From Candidatus Saccharimonadota bacterium (lineage in GTDB: Bacteria; Patescibacteriota; Saccharimonadia; Saccharimonadales; UBA4665): a stretch of DNA of 32,000 nucleotides. The stretch's first letter is position 1, and each line of letters opens with the position of its first letter. The stretch is taken from the NCBI GenBank assembly GCA_002952755.1, contig CP025011.1, forward strand, positions 690,001 through 722,000, read 5' to 3'. The position numbers and the translations under genes are program-made. Below the pieces are notes generated by a model, which saw nothing but the letters and a program-made list of their open reading frames with translations, was not told the DNA's origin and ran no database searches. Below, piece by piece: positions 1 to 9,325 of this stretch.

Positions 1-1
1 A

Positions 2-262
2 AAAGTGTCTGCCGATAAGACCTACCAGGAAGTGTTCGATTTGGCTTGGGACAGTATTGGTGGGGTATTGCCAGAAACAGCACTCGCCACACTGAGCCCT
101 GTCGACATTTATCAGCGCGATGACGATCCCAGCCATCGGCAGATCACATTGCGCCTGAGCATTGCCAGCTACGAACGCACGCTCACCGACGAAGAAGTGA
201 CCAAAATACTCGACCACGTTGCGCTCACCGCAGCTGAAAAGCTCAACGCCGTACGTATCTAA
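2..262 (+). CDS. pheT: Phenylalanine--tRNA ligase beta subunit, C-terminal fragment (gene begins upstream of the window)
   Basis: The reading frame is open to the window edge. The last ~85 aa (QITLRLSIASYERTLTDEEV...KLNAVRI) look like the ferredoxin-fold anticodon-binding domain that ends PheT. Stop is at 260-262. Confidence 0.7.
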   Translation, partial: KVSADKTYQEVFDLAWDSIGGVLPETALATLSPVDIYQRDDDPSHRQITLRLSIASYERTLTDEEVTKILDHVALTAAEKLNAVRI

Positions 263-429
263 CTTCTGTTCTAGAAGCGACGTCGTCATACCGGACTCGA
301 TCGCTGCCCGAATACAAGGACGGCGAGGGGGCTCCCTATGACGGGATCGGTAAGACGATCAACGATGCCGAGTATTCTATCCGCCTTTTACATAGCTGTT
401 AGCGGTCGGCTAACGGATCAAAGTGCCGC

Positions 430-807
430 CTATGCTGTATGTACGTGCAACCACTGCACAATCGCAGGAATATCTAACTTGTCGGTAGCTATTTTTACCG
501 CAAAGTCTTCAAGTTCACCTAACTTAGCCTTAAAGAGAACGCCATTAATTTCTAAGAGTGTTAGCCCTGCAAGCATAGCCGTACGTTTATTGCCGTCCAC
601 ATAAGGATGATCAGCAATAATGCCGCGAATCATTGCTGCAGCCTTATCAATAAGGCCAGGGTACAGCTCTTCGTCGAAAACATTTTGAGTTTGTGCGGCA
701 ATTGCAGCCTCCAGCCTGCCAAGATCTCGTAAGCCTATGCTACCGCCTGTAGCTTCGACAACGAGGGAGTGTAGTTCAAAGAGTTGCTCGAGGGATAAGA
801 TATTCAT
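430..807 (-). CDS. doc: Type II toxin, death-on-curing (Doc/Fic family)
   Basis: 125 aa with the Doc-type Fic motif HPYVDGNKRTA. Its ATG overlaps the stop of the upstream antitoxin ORF by 4 nt (ATGA). Confidence 0.85.
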   Translation of the reverse strand: MNILSLEQLFELHSLVVEATGGSIGLRDLGRLEAAIAAQTQNVFDEELYPGLIDKAAAMIRGIIADHPYVDGNKRTAMLAGLTLLEINGVLFKAKLGELEDFAVKIATDKLDIPAIVQWLHVHTA

Positions 808-1025
808 CGCTTTGCGAGATTATCAAAATCTTTCTGGTAATCGCTAAGGATTTTTTTAGCCGTGGCTAGGACCTGCTGGTCCTCGCTATTCTTATTATGA
901 AGAGGACGAACGATTACTTCAACTTCATCGCCGAAAGCGATGTTCTGTCTTTTAAGATCTTTAGCAGGGATGGTTACGCCGCCACTCGAACCTATTTTTA
1001 TAACTTTTTGTATACTTTGAATCAT
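804..1025 (-). CDS. AbrB/MazE/SpoVT-fold antitoxin partner of Doc
   Basis: 73 aa. The N-terminal VIKIGSSGGVTIPAKDLKRQNIAFGDEVEV is typical of a swapped-hairpin AbrB/SpoVT DNA-binding domain. It is translationally coupled to doc. Confidence 0.75.
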   Translation of the reverse strand: MIQSIQKVIKIGSSGGVTIPAKDLKRQNIAFGDEVEVIVRPLHNKNSEDQQVLATAKKILSDYQKDFDNLAKR

Positions 1026-1027
1026 AG

Positions 1028-1054
1028 ATATATTATAACAACGTTATAATATAT
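1028..1054. promoter_or_regulatory. Perfect 12-3-12 inverted repeat, a candidate TA operator, overlapping an extended -10 box
   Basis: The repeat reads ATATATTATAAC-aac-GTTATAATATAT. On the minus strand TGTTATAAT (1040->1032) lies exactly 6 nt upstream of the antitoxin ATG at 1025. No SD is present. Confidence 0.6.
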
Positions 1055-1244
1055 CGTCCAGGATAAAATGTGCATGGCTGAAAGCATTATTCGAGGAGAA
1101 AAAGATGTAACCTCCCTATAATGCCTTTAGGGCTCAATCCGCGGCAACTATCGTAATGATTTCTTGTAATACTTCTTCGTAAATAGAATCATTTAAGGAT
1201 TACTGGGCTCCCGTCATTGACTCCCGGACATTCTTGGGGCATCA

Positions 1245-1253
1245 TGTGAGAAT
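1245..1253 (+). promoter_or_regulatory. Possible extended -10 box (TGTGAGAAT) for the GH130-like gene
   Basis: TGnGAGAAT lies 18 nt upstream of the ATG at 1272, with the SD GGGAGGG in between. The hexamer is imperfect. Confidence 0.3.
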
Positions 1254-1271
1254 ATCAAAGCGGGAGGGTAG

Positions 1272-2423
1272 ATGTCAGAGCAACTTCTTACGCCGTACAT
1301 CGGACGAAATAATGGACGAATCCTCGCCCCAGACCCTAATGGTCCTGAATGGCAGCGAGAAGCAGCATGTCAGCCTGCAGTTGTGGAAAACGGGCCTGGT
1401 TATACTATGCTGTTCCGCGGTATCCCGACTCGCGAGTTTGCCGAACCGGGAAAATATAGATCAAGCATCGGGCTAGCAGATAGTAACAACGGCATCGACT
1501 GGGTTATTCGAGACGAGTCCCTTGAGATCCGGCATTTTCCAGAAGCACACGACCTAGGGGAAGAAGATGCAGGGGTAATACAGATAAGCCCTAATAGTAA
1601 TAGATATGCCGTAACATGGAATAATGCCACTTATGGGGAAGATGGCAGAATACGCGTGGGCATCGGGGGTGCTATCGTAAAAGACAACTTCGAGACCGTT
1701 GAAAGTCAGACTCCTGTCATACTAGAATCGCTCCGACCTGGCTGGATGAGAGCCAAGGGTCTTGCTCTCTTTCCCGAAGAACTCGCTAATGGCAACAGGC
1801 CCTTTTTTGTTACGCTAGGCGCAGATGGACCGTATGATCTTATTGCCTATGATGAAGACCACTCTTTAGATGACATATTCCGGCTTGGTGAATCACCAAG
1901 CATCATTACCCCAGAGGATGTAGCAAGGATGTATGTTGAAAATATATATTTGCCTAACCTCGAAGAAGAAGTAGCTAGCGGAGGCCTCTTTAGGCGTTTT
2001 CTTGCCAAGCATGGTTTTGGTACAGAAAAGACCACGCGTGTCGTCGCAAGACGCGGCCCTGAAAGTGGTCCGTCACCTCTTAGAGTTGGAGAGTACTTCT
2101 TGCATTTTCTTTCCGGCGCCGATCTCGAGAAAGAGCCAACATGGGCTGTTGATGCTGCGGTCTTCGATCCCAAGGAACGCCAAATAGTTGGCTACCTTCG
2201 GAACGTTCTTACGCCTGATCAGTACAAACAAAAAGATGCTGTTGTAGGGAATGTATTTTTCCCTAAGTCCAATATCATATGCGACGGAGAGAAAACTGAT
2301 AAAGAAGTATGGCTCTATGGTGGAATTGGCGACGTAGCTTCCGGCGTAGCCAAAGGAGACCCGTGCGCGATTGTCGATCGAGCACTGGACGCAGGTTACC
2401 AGAGATCAAAGTACCCTCATTAG
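1272..2423 (+). CDS. GH130/DUF377-like five-bladed beta-propeller glycosidase/phosphorylase family protein
   Basis: 383 aa. The N-terminal pattern (ACQPAVVENGPGYTMLFRG...SSIGLADSNNGIDWV) resembles the first blades of GH130/DUF377 proteins. A strong SD is present. The family call is from memory only. Confidence 0.5.
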   Translation: MSEQLLTPYIGRNNGRILAPDPNGPEWQREAACQPAVVENGPGYTMLFRGIPTREFAEPGKYRSSIGLADSNNGIDWVIRDESLEIRHFPEAHDLGEEDAGVIQISPNSNRYAVTWNNATYGEDGRIRVGIGGAIVKDNFETVESQTPVILESLRPGWMRAKGLALFPEELANGNRPFFVTLGADGPYDLIAYDEDHSLDDIFRLGESPSIITPEDVARMYVENIYLPNLEEEVASGGLFRRFLAKHGFGTEKTTRVVARRGPESGPSPLRVGEYFLHFLSGADLEKEPTWAVDAAVFDPKERQIVGYLRNVLTPDQYKQKDAVVGNVFFPKSNIICDGEKTDKEVWLYGGIGDVASGVAKGDPCAIVDRALDAGYQRSKYPH

Positions 2424-2616
2424 ATCATATATCTAAAACGATAGCTAGAGTCACCCCAGTCTTCACTAAGATAGTGTGAGCGATTTACCCATATCTGATG
2501 TTCTGAATATAAGGTATTCCATGGCTTATATATGATAGAGGGTACCTTGTAGACCAGATCAGAGGTGGGGTGTGCCACGCATTGCACACTTCGGCAAATG
2601 ACGTTATGATCGTTTT

Positions 2617-3498
2617 ATGAATATACATAGCGGTGAAAGATTGTATGGTGCAGTTGAAGCTGGAGGCACAACCTTTGTGGTGGCTGTCGGCACTAGCGAA
2701 GGTGAGATTCTTGAGCATTCAGAATTTGTCACGGGAAGCCCCGAGGCGACATATGACAAAGTCTGCGATTTCTTCGATGAGAATCCTGTATAAGCTCTCG
2801 GCGTTGCGCATTTTGGGCCCTTCGGTCTTGATCCCTCGTCACCCTTATACGGCCATGCGCTGGCAACCCCTAAACCTGACTGGCAACATGTTAATGTCGG
2901 AGGAATGCTAGAAGCTCGGCTGGGCAGACTACCTATTGCCTATGGCGGTGACGTAGATGCTGCATTATTAGGTGAGGTGGCTTACGGAGAGGCAAAAGAT
3001 CAAGAAGACTATGTGCTCATGAAGATTGGCACCGGCATTGGTGTAGCTGCTATGTCTGGGGGTCGTTTGGTTAGTAGCAGCAACCGGGGTACCCCTGAAA
3101 TGGGGCATTTAATAATCAAACGTGATGCCGACGATGCATTTACCGGCGCATGTCCAGCACATGGCGACTGCCTGGAGGGCCTTGCCAGCGGTGGGGCTCA
3201 TAAAAAGCGACAAGAACAGGGCGAAGATCTGGATTGGGATCGCCAGGCGAGATATATAGGTTTGGGGGTTCATAACGCTGTTTACTCGCACCGTCCCAGT
3301 GTAATGATGCTTGGTGGAGGTGTCATGGCACACGAGGGGCTTTTTGACGCAGTCCGCGACCAGGTTGTAAATTTGAATAAAGGTTACTTAGAATTGCCAG
3401 AGTTTTTCTTATCTAAAGATGGGGAGCGTATGGGGGTAAAAGGTGCGTTCCGTCTTGCGATGTCAGCAGTGGCTTTACGTGGCAATAATGCTCAATAA
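2617..3498 (+). pseudogene. ROK-family fructokinase/glucokinase (GmuE/YdhR/Mak-like) interrupted by one in-frame TAA at 2791-2793
   Basis: The ATG at 2617 opens a 58-codon ORF below the ORF-track size cutoff. It encodes MNIHSGERLYGAVEAGGTTFVVAVG..., carrying the sugar-kinase phosphate-1 motif. After the TAA the same frame continues with ALGVAHFGPFGLD...TPKPDW...DVDAALLGE...KIGTGIGVAA...PEMGHLII...CPAHGDCLEGLASG. That is the full ROK body including the Zn/Cys-His motif. Total length of 292 sense codons is normal for the family. Confidence 0.8.
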
Positions 3499-3787
3499 TA
3501 GCCAGCCTACTTTGCTTTATGATTCCTATTACTTCTAGGATGGTATACCAACGAGCGTATAGAGTTGTGCGCTGTACTGGCACTAGTAAGCGGAACGGTT
3601 TGGAAATTTATAAAAGCCTTCAAGCAAGCCACATTTTTCATAGAGGGCTATCTGCAAAGCGTATTTGCCAAAAATGCTCTCTAGCAGACGTCACCGGAAA
3701 TTTCTCGTTGACTCTTTGGCAGTAAATTTTGTCATCTATTATTGCGTTATGGCGTCGAGGGACGCTGTCGGCTGGAAGGTTTGGCAA

Positions 3788-5548
3788 TTATTCGTCGGTG
3801 TTTTTTAGTTGTCGCTTCCAGAGCCGGGCGTAGATGCCATTTTTAGCAAGCAGCTCTTGGTGAGTTCCATCTTCGGCACACACGCCTTTCTCGATGACGA
3901 TAATACGGTCCATTTCAGACAGCGTACTCAAACGATGTGCGATCACAATAGCCGTCTTGCCTGCAAGGATGTGCGAGAATGAGTTTTTGATGATTTGCTC
4001 GCTCTCACTATCCAAAGCGCTCGTAGCTTCGTCTAAAATCATAATGGGCGTATGACGTAGCAGGGCGCGAGCAATGGCGATGCGTTGCTTCTGGCCGCCG
4101 GACAATTTCACGCCCCGCTCGCCAACGATACTGTCAACGCCATCCGCCAGCTGCTCGACAAAATGCCAGGCGTGAGCAGCGCGCAGGGCTTGGTACACTT
4201 CGGCGACGGATGCGTTTGGTTTGCCGAGGAGTACATTTTCTTTGATGCTGGCATGGAACAGGAGCGGCTCCTGGGGCACATAAGCCATTTGCTCTCGCAG
4301 GTTTGTTTGCTTTACACTGCGGATATCCATGCCGTCGAGCAATATCTCGCCTTGATCTACGTCGTTAAAACGTAGCAGCAGCTTGGTGAGCGTGCTTTTG
4401 CCTGCGCCACTTAGGCCCACGACACCAACTTTTTGGCCAGCGGGGATGTGCAATGAAAAGTTTTGGAATACCGACTGTAAATCGGTTTCGCTACTGTAAG
4501 AAAATGAAACATTGTTGAATTGAATGTCTCCGCGAACCTTTTTGAGCTTTTTAGGACGGGATGGGTCGCGCACTGCATTTTGTCGGTGTAATATTTCGAA
4601 GGCCGGAATGATCTTATCTACCAAATCATCATGTTCGTCGAGATCCTCGGACAATGCATAGATGCCATTTAAAATCGTTGTCGTGTAGGTAATTACTAAA
4701 ACGGCCACGGTGATACGAATGTGACCGGTACTCATTTGCTGGACGGTGAACCACAGGAGGGCGAGAAAGAAGGTGACGGTAATGCACTCGCGAATAGCAA
4801 CCAATTTCGCTTGACGGGCGTACCGCTGACGGAAGACCTCAGCTTCTGCCGTTGCGCCTTCACCGATGCGCTTGATATAGGTGTGCTCTTGTGCGGTAGA
4901 CCGGACGGCTAAAATATTGGCGATAACATCAGCCATTCGCCCGGAGTTCTGTTTATATAATTCCCGCGACTGTGTACGGAGCGGTCCAATAGCATTAGAT
5001 GCCCATAGTAAATAGATCGCCTGAGAAATGCTGAGCCCGAGCGCTACCAGGCCAAGACGCACGTCTACCCACAAAATAACGCCTAAGGGAAAAATAATGC
5101 TCAGCACGGTGGTCGTAAAGCGATCACGGATTGCCCTCACCAGATTGACGCAACTATCGACGTATTGTCTGGTGGCACTGGTGAGATACCCGGCCATATT
5201 AGAATGAAAGAAATCAATATCAGCGCTCACTAGGCGGGAGAAGTAGGTGGCCGTTGAGGCGTGATATATCTTGTTTTCGCCGCGCATGCCAATGTATCTG
5301 GTGAGCGGCACGCAAATAGCAATCAAAGAGGAGTTACTTACAAATAGTATAACGCCCCGATAGGCGCCGCTATAGTCTCTGCTGGAGAGGTGGCCGATGA
5401 TGATGCTTAGGGCTATAGGCAAAACGATGAGCTTGCAGATCCTGCTGACAATCTGCAAGAGAAACGACGTTCGCACATACCACGACGAACCAAAGGTCTG
5501 CCACAGGTGTGTGTACACCAGTCTATATTTTTCCAACCCACGGAGCAT
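3788..5548 (-). CDS. ABC exporter, fused permease/ATPase (type I exporter, MsbA/MdlB-like half transporter)
   Basis: 586 aa with an N-terminal 6-TM domain. Motifs are Walker A GLSGAGKST, signature LSGGQKQR and Walker B ILDEATSALD. Confidence 0.9.
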   Translation of the reverse strand: MLRGLEKYRLVYTHLWQTFGSSWYVRTSFLLQIVSRICKLIVLPIALSIIIGHLSSRDYSGAYRGVILFVSNSSLIAICVPLTRYIGMRGENKIYHASTATYFSRLVSADIDFFHSNMAGYLTSATRQYVDSCVNLVRAIRDRFTTTVLSIIFPLGVILWVDVRLGLVALGLSISQAIYLLWASNAIGPLRTQSRELYKQNSGRMADVIANILAVRSTAQEHTYIKRIGEGATAEAEVFRQRYARQAKLVAIRECITVTFFLALLWFTVQQMSTGHIRITVAVLVITYTTTILNGIYALSEDLDEHDDLVDKIIPAFEILHRQNAVRDPSRPKKLKKVRGDIQFNNVSFSYSSETDLQSVFQNFSLHIPAGQKVGVVGLSGAGKSTLTKLLLRFNDVDQGEILLDGMDIRSVKQTNLREQMAYVPQEPLLFHASIKENVLLGKPNASVAEVYQALRAAHAWHFVEQLADGVDSIVGERGVKLSGGQKQRIAIARALLRHTPIMILDEATSALDSESEQIIKNSFSHILAGKTAIVIAHRLSTLSEMDRIIVIEKGVCAEDGTHQELLAKNGIYARLWKRQLKNTDE

Positions 5549-5554
5549 TGGCTT

Positions 5555-5563
5555 ATTCTATCA
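5555..5563 (-). promoter_or_regulatory. Extended -10 box TGATAGAAT, 6 nt upstream of the ABC exporter ATG
   Basis: The minus strand reads TGATAGAAT-aagcca-ATG, with the ATG at 5548. There is no SD between box and start. Confidence 0.45.
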
Positions 5564-5765
5564 TCCTAAGCGAATATACACATCTTCTCCTCATCGCCCA
5601 TATCACCGTCATATCGAACTTGATTCGGTAACCACGAGCCTTTAGGCTGCTTGGATCCGGGCTCGTAGGTCTGGGCGACAAGAGTAGGTGGATTCTGAAA
5701 TGAAGGGAATGGCATGTCTTTCCGGCACTATCCAAACTCCCGTATGACGTATATAGTTTTGGATA

Positions 5766-7544
5766 ATGAAACGTATACTTCGCACTCTTTGTTTTTGCCT
5801 TACTATAAGTTTTTTGTGGCTGTTTCTAGCCGCACCATTGGCTCATGCCGGCGTTAATAATTTCTCGATTGATAGTTTTTCGGCGGATTATGCACTCACC
5901 AATCAAGATCGCCAAGGTGAGCTGCTAGTAACCGAACGCATTATGGTTATCTTCAATGGCTACAACCATGGCATTTTGCGCGCTCTTCCCAGTAACTATA
6001 AAGGCCACTTGCTGCAACTGCACGTTGCCGATGTCGCTTCCGACACCAGTGCGCCCACGCAGTACAGCACGTATAACGATCACGACAATATGGTTATTAA
6101 GATCGGCGACCCGGATAAAACGGTTACTGGTGTTCAGGAATATATCATCAAATACAGCGTACGAAACGTTATTTCTTTTTATCCAGATCACGATGAGTTA
6201 TATTGGGATATCAATGGCGACCAGTGGGTGCAGACCGCGCAGTCCGTGTCGGTAAACTTGCATCTGCCACAAGGATTGCAGGTAAGCGACCGCCAGCCGA
6301 TTTGTTACGCTGGTGGCGATGGCAGTACTGCGCAGGACTGCTCGATTACGTATAACAGTCGGTCGCGCATCATATCGGCAGGTAGCAATAGTCCTTTGCA
6401 GTCCTATCAAACGTTGAGTATTGTTGCTGGTTTTAATAAAGGTTATTTTCATCCTTCAACATTTGCCGAGACACTTAATGAACATGCCAAGACGATTATC
6501 ATATTTTCGATCGTCTTTTTGGTATTGGTGATCCCAAGCGGTACCTATTGGTGGCGGCGTGGGCGTGACCCTAAGGGCCGCGGGGTGATCGTGCCCGAGT
6601 ACGGTCCGCCGGATAATCTGCCTCCGATATTAGTAGGGACAATTGCCGATTTCCAGACCGATGGCCGGGACATTACGGCCACGGTCATTGACATGGCAAT
6701 TAAGGGTTATATTGTTATTGCCGAAACAACAGAGCATAAGAAGATCTTTAAAGACATCAATACGTTTACGCTTCGGCTGGTGAATGATGATATCTCCGGC
6801 CTCAACGAGTTTGAAAAAATGCTGATTACGGCTCTTTTCCCAACTTTCAAGAAAGGCCAAGAAGTAACACTGGACGAACTGAGGACCAAACTATCCGAAA
6901 CAGCTGACACACTTCGTAAGCGTGTTCGCAAAGTATTACTCGATCAAGGCTACCTGAGGACAAGCCCCTTAGCTATTGTCGGCACCAGTATGGTCGGCTA
7001 TCTGTGGAGTGCGCTGTTTTTTGCAGGATTTGTTATTGCGGCTATACGTATAGCTTCTGTTGGACTAGTGGTTGGCGGACTCAGTGGTGCGATTGTTGCA
7101 GCGGGGTTTGTGTATAAATCATCGAGCCGCACGGCGAAGGGGGTGGAGGCTCGCGAGCACATTTTAGGGCTTAAAATGTACATGGAAGTGGCCGAAGCGC
7201 AGCGGATCAAGATGTTGCAAGGTCCAAACGCACGGTATGCCGATAAGCCGAGTGGCCCAGTTTACACCGTTACTTTATTTGAAAAATTGCTTCCTTACGC
7301 TATGGTGCTGGGCGTTGAAAAACAATGGGCCAAACAGTTCGAGAGTATCTATCTTGCGGCTCCGGATTGGTACCATGGCAATTGGGCAACCTTCAATGTG
7401 CTGTACATGACGAATGCATTAAATAATAGCCTCAATACGCAAATCAGTAGCACATTTAGTGCTCCATCGAACGCTAGTGGCAGCGGCTTTGGGGGCGGCG
7501 GTGCTGGTGGTGGAGGCGGTGGCGGGGGCGGAGGAGGCTGGTAG
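5766..7544 (+). CDS. DUF2207 domain-containing membrane protein with C-terminal poly-glycine tail
   Basis: 592 aa with a signal/anchor at the N-terminus. The DUF2207-type N-domain is FSIDSFSADYAL...LLVTERIMVIFNGYNHGILRALP. Several TM helices follow. The protein ends GSGFGGGGAGGGGGGGGGGGW, as is typical of this family. Confidence 0.8.
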   Translation: MKRILRTLCFCLTISFLWLFLAAPLAHAGVNNFSIDSFSADYALTNQDRQGELLVTERIMVIFNGYNHGILRALPSNYKGHLLQLHVADVASDTSAPTQYSTYNDHDNMVIKIGDPDKTVTGVQEYIIKYSVRNVISFYPDHDELYWDINGDQWVQTAQSVSVNLHLPQGLQVSDRQPICYAGGDGSTAQDCSITYNSRSRIISAGSNSPLQSYQTLSIVAGFNKGYFHPSTFAETLNEHAKTIIIFSIVFLVLVIPSGTYWWRRGRDPKGRGVIVPEYGPPDNLPPILVGTIADFQTDGRDITATVIDMAIKGYIVIAETTEHKKIFKDINTFTLRLVNDDISGLNEFEKMLITALFPTFKKGQEVTLDELRTKLSETADTLRKRVRKVLLDQGYLRTSPLAIVGTSMVGYLWSALFFAGFVIAAIRIASVGLVVGGLSGAIVAAGFVYKSSSRTAKGVEAREHILGLKMYMEVAEAQRIKMLQGPNARYADKPSGPVYTVTLFEKLLPYAMVLGVEKQWAKQFESIYLAAPDWYHGNWATFNVLYMTNALNNSLNTQISSTFSAPSNASGSGFGGGGAGGGGGGGGGGGW

Positions 7545-9325
7545 TGCGTGAACTAGTACGAATTATACGATTCACTAAAGATTTGTGGCGCTATTACGCA
7601 GCGATTTCGATCTTTACGATTTTGCTTGCCGCAATGAGCCAAGTCCAGCCGCTTTTGACGAAGGGCGCTATCGACCAGATCACTAAAATACTGGGTGGTG
7701 GGCACGCCAATGTGAAGCTCGTCGGCGTGTTTGCGGTCCTCATGTTTGTAACCGATTTTGGCCAGACATTGCTCAGCAATATTGGGGGCTACTATGGTGA
7801 CCTGATGAGCGCCAAGCTTCAGAAAGAGTTGAGTCAAAGATACTATCAGCATATCCTAAGTCTGCCGCAGCAGTACTTCGACAGCGAGTTATCGGGCAAA
7901 ATCATCAATCGCATGACCAGAGGGATCGGCCAGATTGGTAACTTTATGCAGGTGCTCAGCAATAACTTCCTGCAGTTTTTGTTTAGCACCCTCTTTTCGC
8001 TAATCGTCGTCTTCCACTATAGCTGGCAAGTGGGGTTGATGCTTTTGCTTTTGTACCCGATTTTTATCTGGCTCACGACACGAACTAGCGGCAAATGGCA
8101 AGCGTACCAGAAAGACATTAACGAGCAGCAGGACATTGCCAGCGGCCGGTTTGCTGAAGCTGTGAGTCAGCTGCGAGTTGTAAAAAGTTTCCTACAAGAG
8201 ACGCGCGAGCTACAATTTTTTGGCAAACGATACCAGAAAGTGCTCCAAACTACCCGGCCGCAGAGCAAACTGTGGCATACCCAAGATGTGTGGCGGCGGC
8301 TGGTACTCAACCTGATCTTCTTTGGTGTGTATGCCTATATATTTATCGAAACGGCGCGAGGGATGTACTCACTTGGCACGATGGTGTTGCTTATCCAGTA
8401 CGCTATGCTTATCCGTTTGCCTATTTTTACCATCAGTTTTCTCGTAGATCAGACACAGCGGGCTGTTTCTAATACGCGGGAATATTTTGACGTATTAGAT
8501 CAAGAGCCAGAGATTGTCGACCGAGGCGATGCACGGCCCTTACGTGTTGACGATGGCGAAATTGTGTTCGACACAGTTCGATTTGGCTATGAGCAAGACA
8601 GGATGGTCCTTAAGAACATTGATTTCACAATCCGTCCTGATACCAAGGTGGCATTAGTGGGTGAAAGCGGTGAGGGTAAAACCACGCTCACCAGTTTGTT
8701 ATTGCGACTGTATGAGGTGAATGATGGTCAGATTCGGATTGACGGGCAGGACATTAATGCGGTGACCCAGCGTTCACTACGCGGTGCGATAGGTATTGTC
8801 TTCCAGGAGCCGGCGTTGTTTAGCGGAACGATTCGCGAAAATATCAGCTACTCGCGTCCCAGGGCGACCGAAAAGGAGGTCCTTGCTGCTGCCAAAGCCG
8901 CCAATGCGCACGAATTTATAAGTAAGTTCGAGAAGGGGTATGACACGGAGATCGGTGAGCGCGGCCTAAAGCTAAGCGGGGGCCAAAAGCAGCGGATTGC
9001 GATTGCACGTGCTCTGCTTAAAGATGCCCCGATTCTTATTCTTGACGAAGCCACCAGCAGCCTGGATAGCCGCAGTGAACATATGGTGCAGGAAGCGCTG
9101 GAACGCCTGATGAAGGGCCGGACAACACTAATCATTGCTCACCGCCTGAGCACTATTCAGCACGTCGATCAGATCATCACGCTCAAAAACGGTCGTGTCG
9201 ATGAAATGGGCACACCAGACGAGCTTGCCCGCAGCGAAGGTATTTACGCTCAACTATTGGCTCTGCAGCGCGGACATACCGAATCCGGCAAAAAGCAGCT
9301 CAAGAAATACGGCATCGCCGGGTAG
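7544..9325 (+). CDS. ABC exporter, fused permease/ATPase (second half transporter)
   Basis: 593 aa. Motifs are Walker A GESGEGKTT, signature LSGGQKQRIAIARA and Walker B ILILDEATSSLD. The GTG start overlaps the DUF2207 stop by 1 nt (TAGTG). Confidence 0.9.
   Translation: MRELVRIIRFTKDLWRYYAAISIFTILLAAMSQVQPLLTKGAIDQITKILGGGHANVKLVGVFAVLMFVTDFGQTLLSNIGGYYGDLMSAKLQKELSQRYYQHILSLPQQYFDSELSGKIINRMTRGIGQIGNFMQVLSNNFLQFLFSTLFSLIVVFHYSWQVGLMLLLLYPIFIWLTTRTSGKWQAYQKDINEQQDIASGRFAEAVSQLRVVKSFLQETRELQFFGKRYQKVLQTTRPQSKLWHTQDVWRRLVLNLIFFGVYAYIFIETARGMYSLGTMVLLIQYAMLIRLPIFTISFLVDQTQRAVSNTREYFDVLDQEPEIVDRGDARPLRVDDGEIVFDTVRFGYEQDRMVLKNIDFTIRPDTKVALVGESGEGKTTLTSLLLRLYEVNDGQIRIDGQDINAVTQRSLRGAIGIVFQEPALFSGTIRENISYSRPRATEKEVLAAAKAANAHEFISKFEKGYDTEIGERGLKLSGGQKQRIAIARALLKDAPILILDEATSSLDSRSEHMVQEALERLMKGRTTLIIAHRLSTIQHVDQIITLKNGRVDEMGTPDELARSEGIYAQLLALQRGHTESGKKQLKKYGIAG

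Noticed and set aside
263-429. A possible tRNA, att site or integration scar between pheT and the Doc toxin gene.
   Set aside because: No T-loop (GGTTCGA-like) or cloverleaf is present on either strand, and no direct repeats flank the TA cassette within the window. There is only a small 6-bp hairpin (GTTAGC-ggtcg-GCTAAC) without a U-tract.
338-604. 88-aa plus-strand ORF overlapping doc.
   Set aside because: It is antisense to the well-supported Doc toxin gene and has no motif or start context. A type I-like antisense peptide cannot be supported from sequence alone.
3499-3787. The 289-bp gap between the convergent ROK and ABC genes, as a possible sRNA, small gene or gene remnant. It includes the 68-aa ORF at 3519-3725.
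   Set aside because: I found no convincing hairpin/U-tract terminator, no conserved-looking structure, no SD-led small ORF and no recognisable protein remnant in six frames. There is only a weak 5-bp hairpin (3752-3765). It is unusually long non-coding space that I cannot interpret.
7487-7541. The G-rich tract as a G-quadruplex or tandem repeat.
   Set aside because: It is simply the coding sequence of the poly-Gly tail using mixed GGN codons. It has too few G3+ runs for a canonical G4 and no exact tandem unit.
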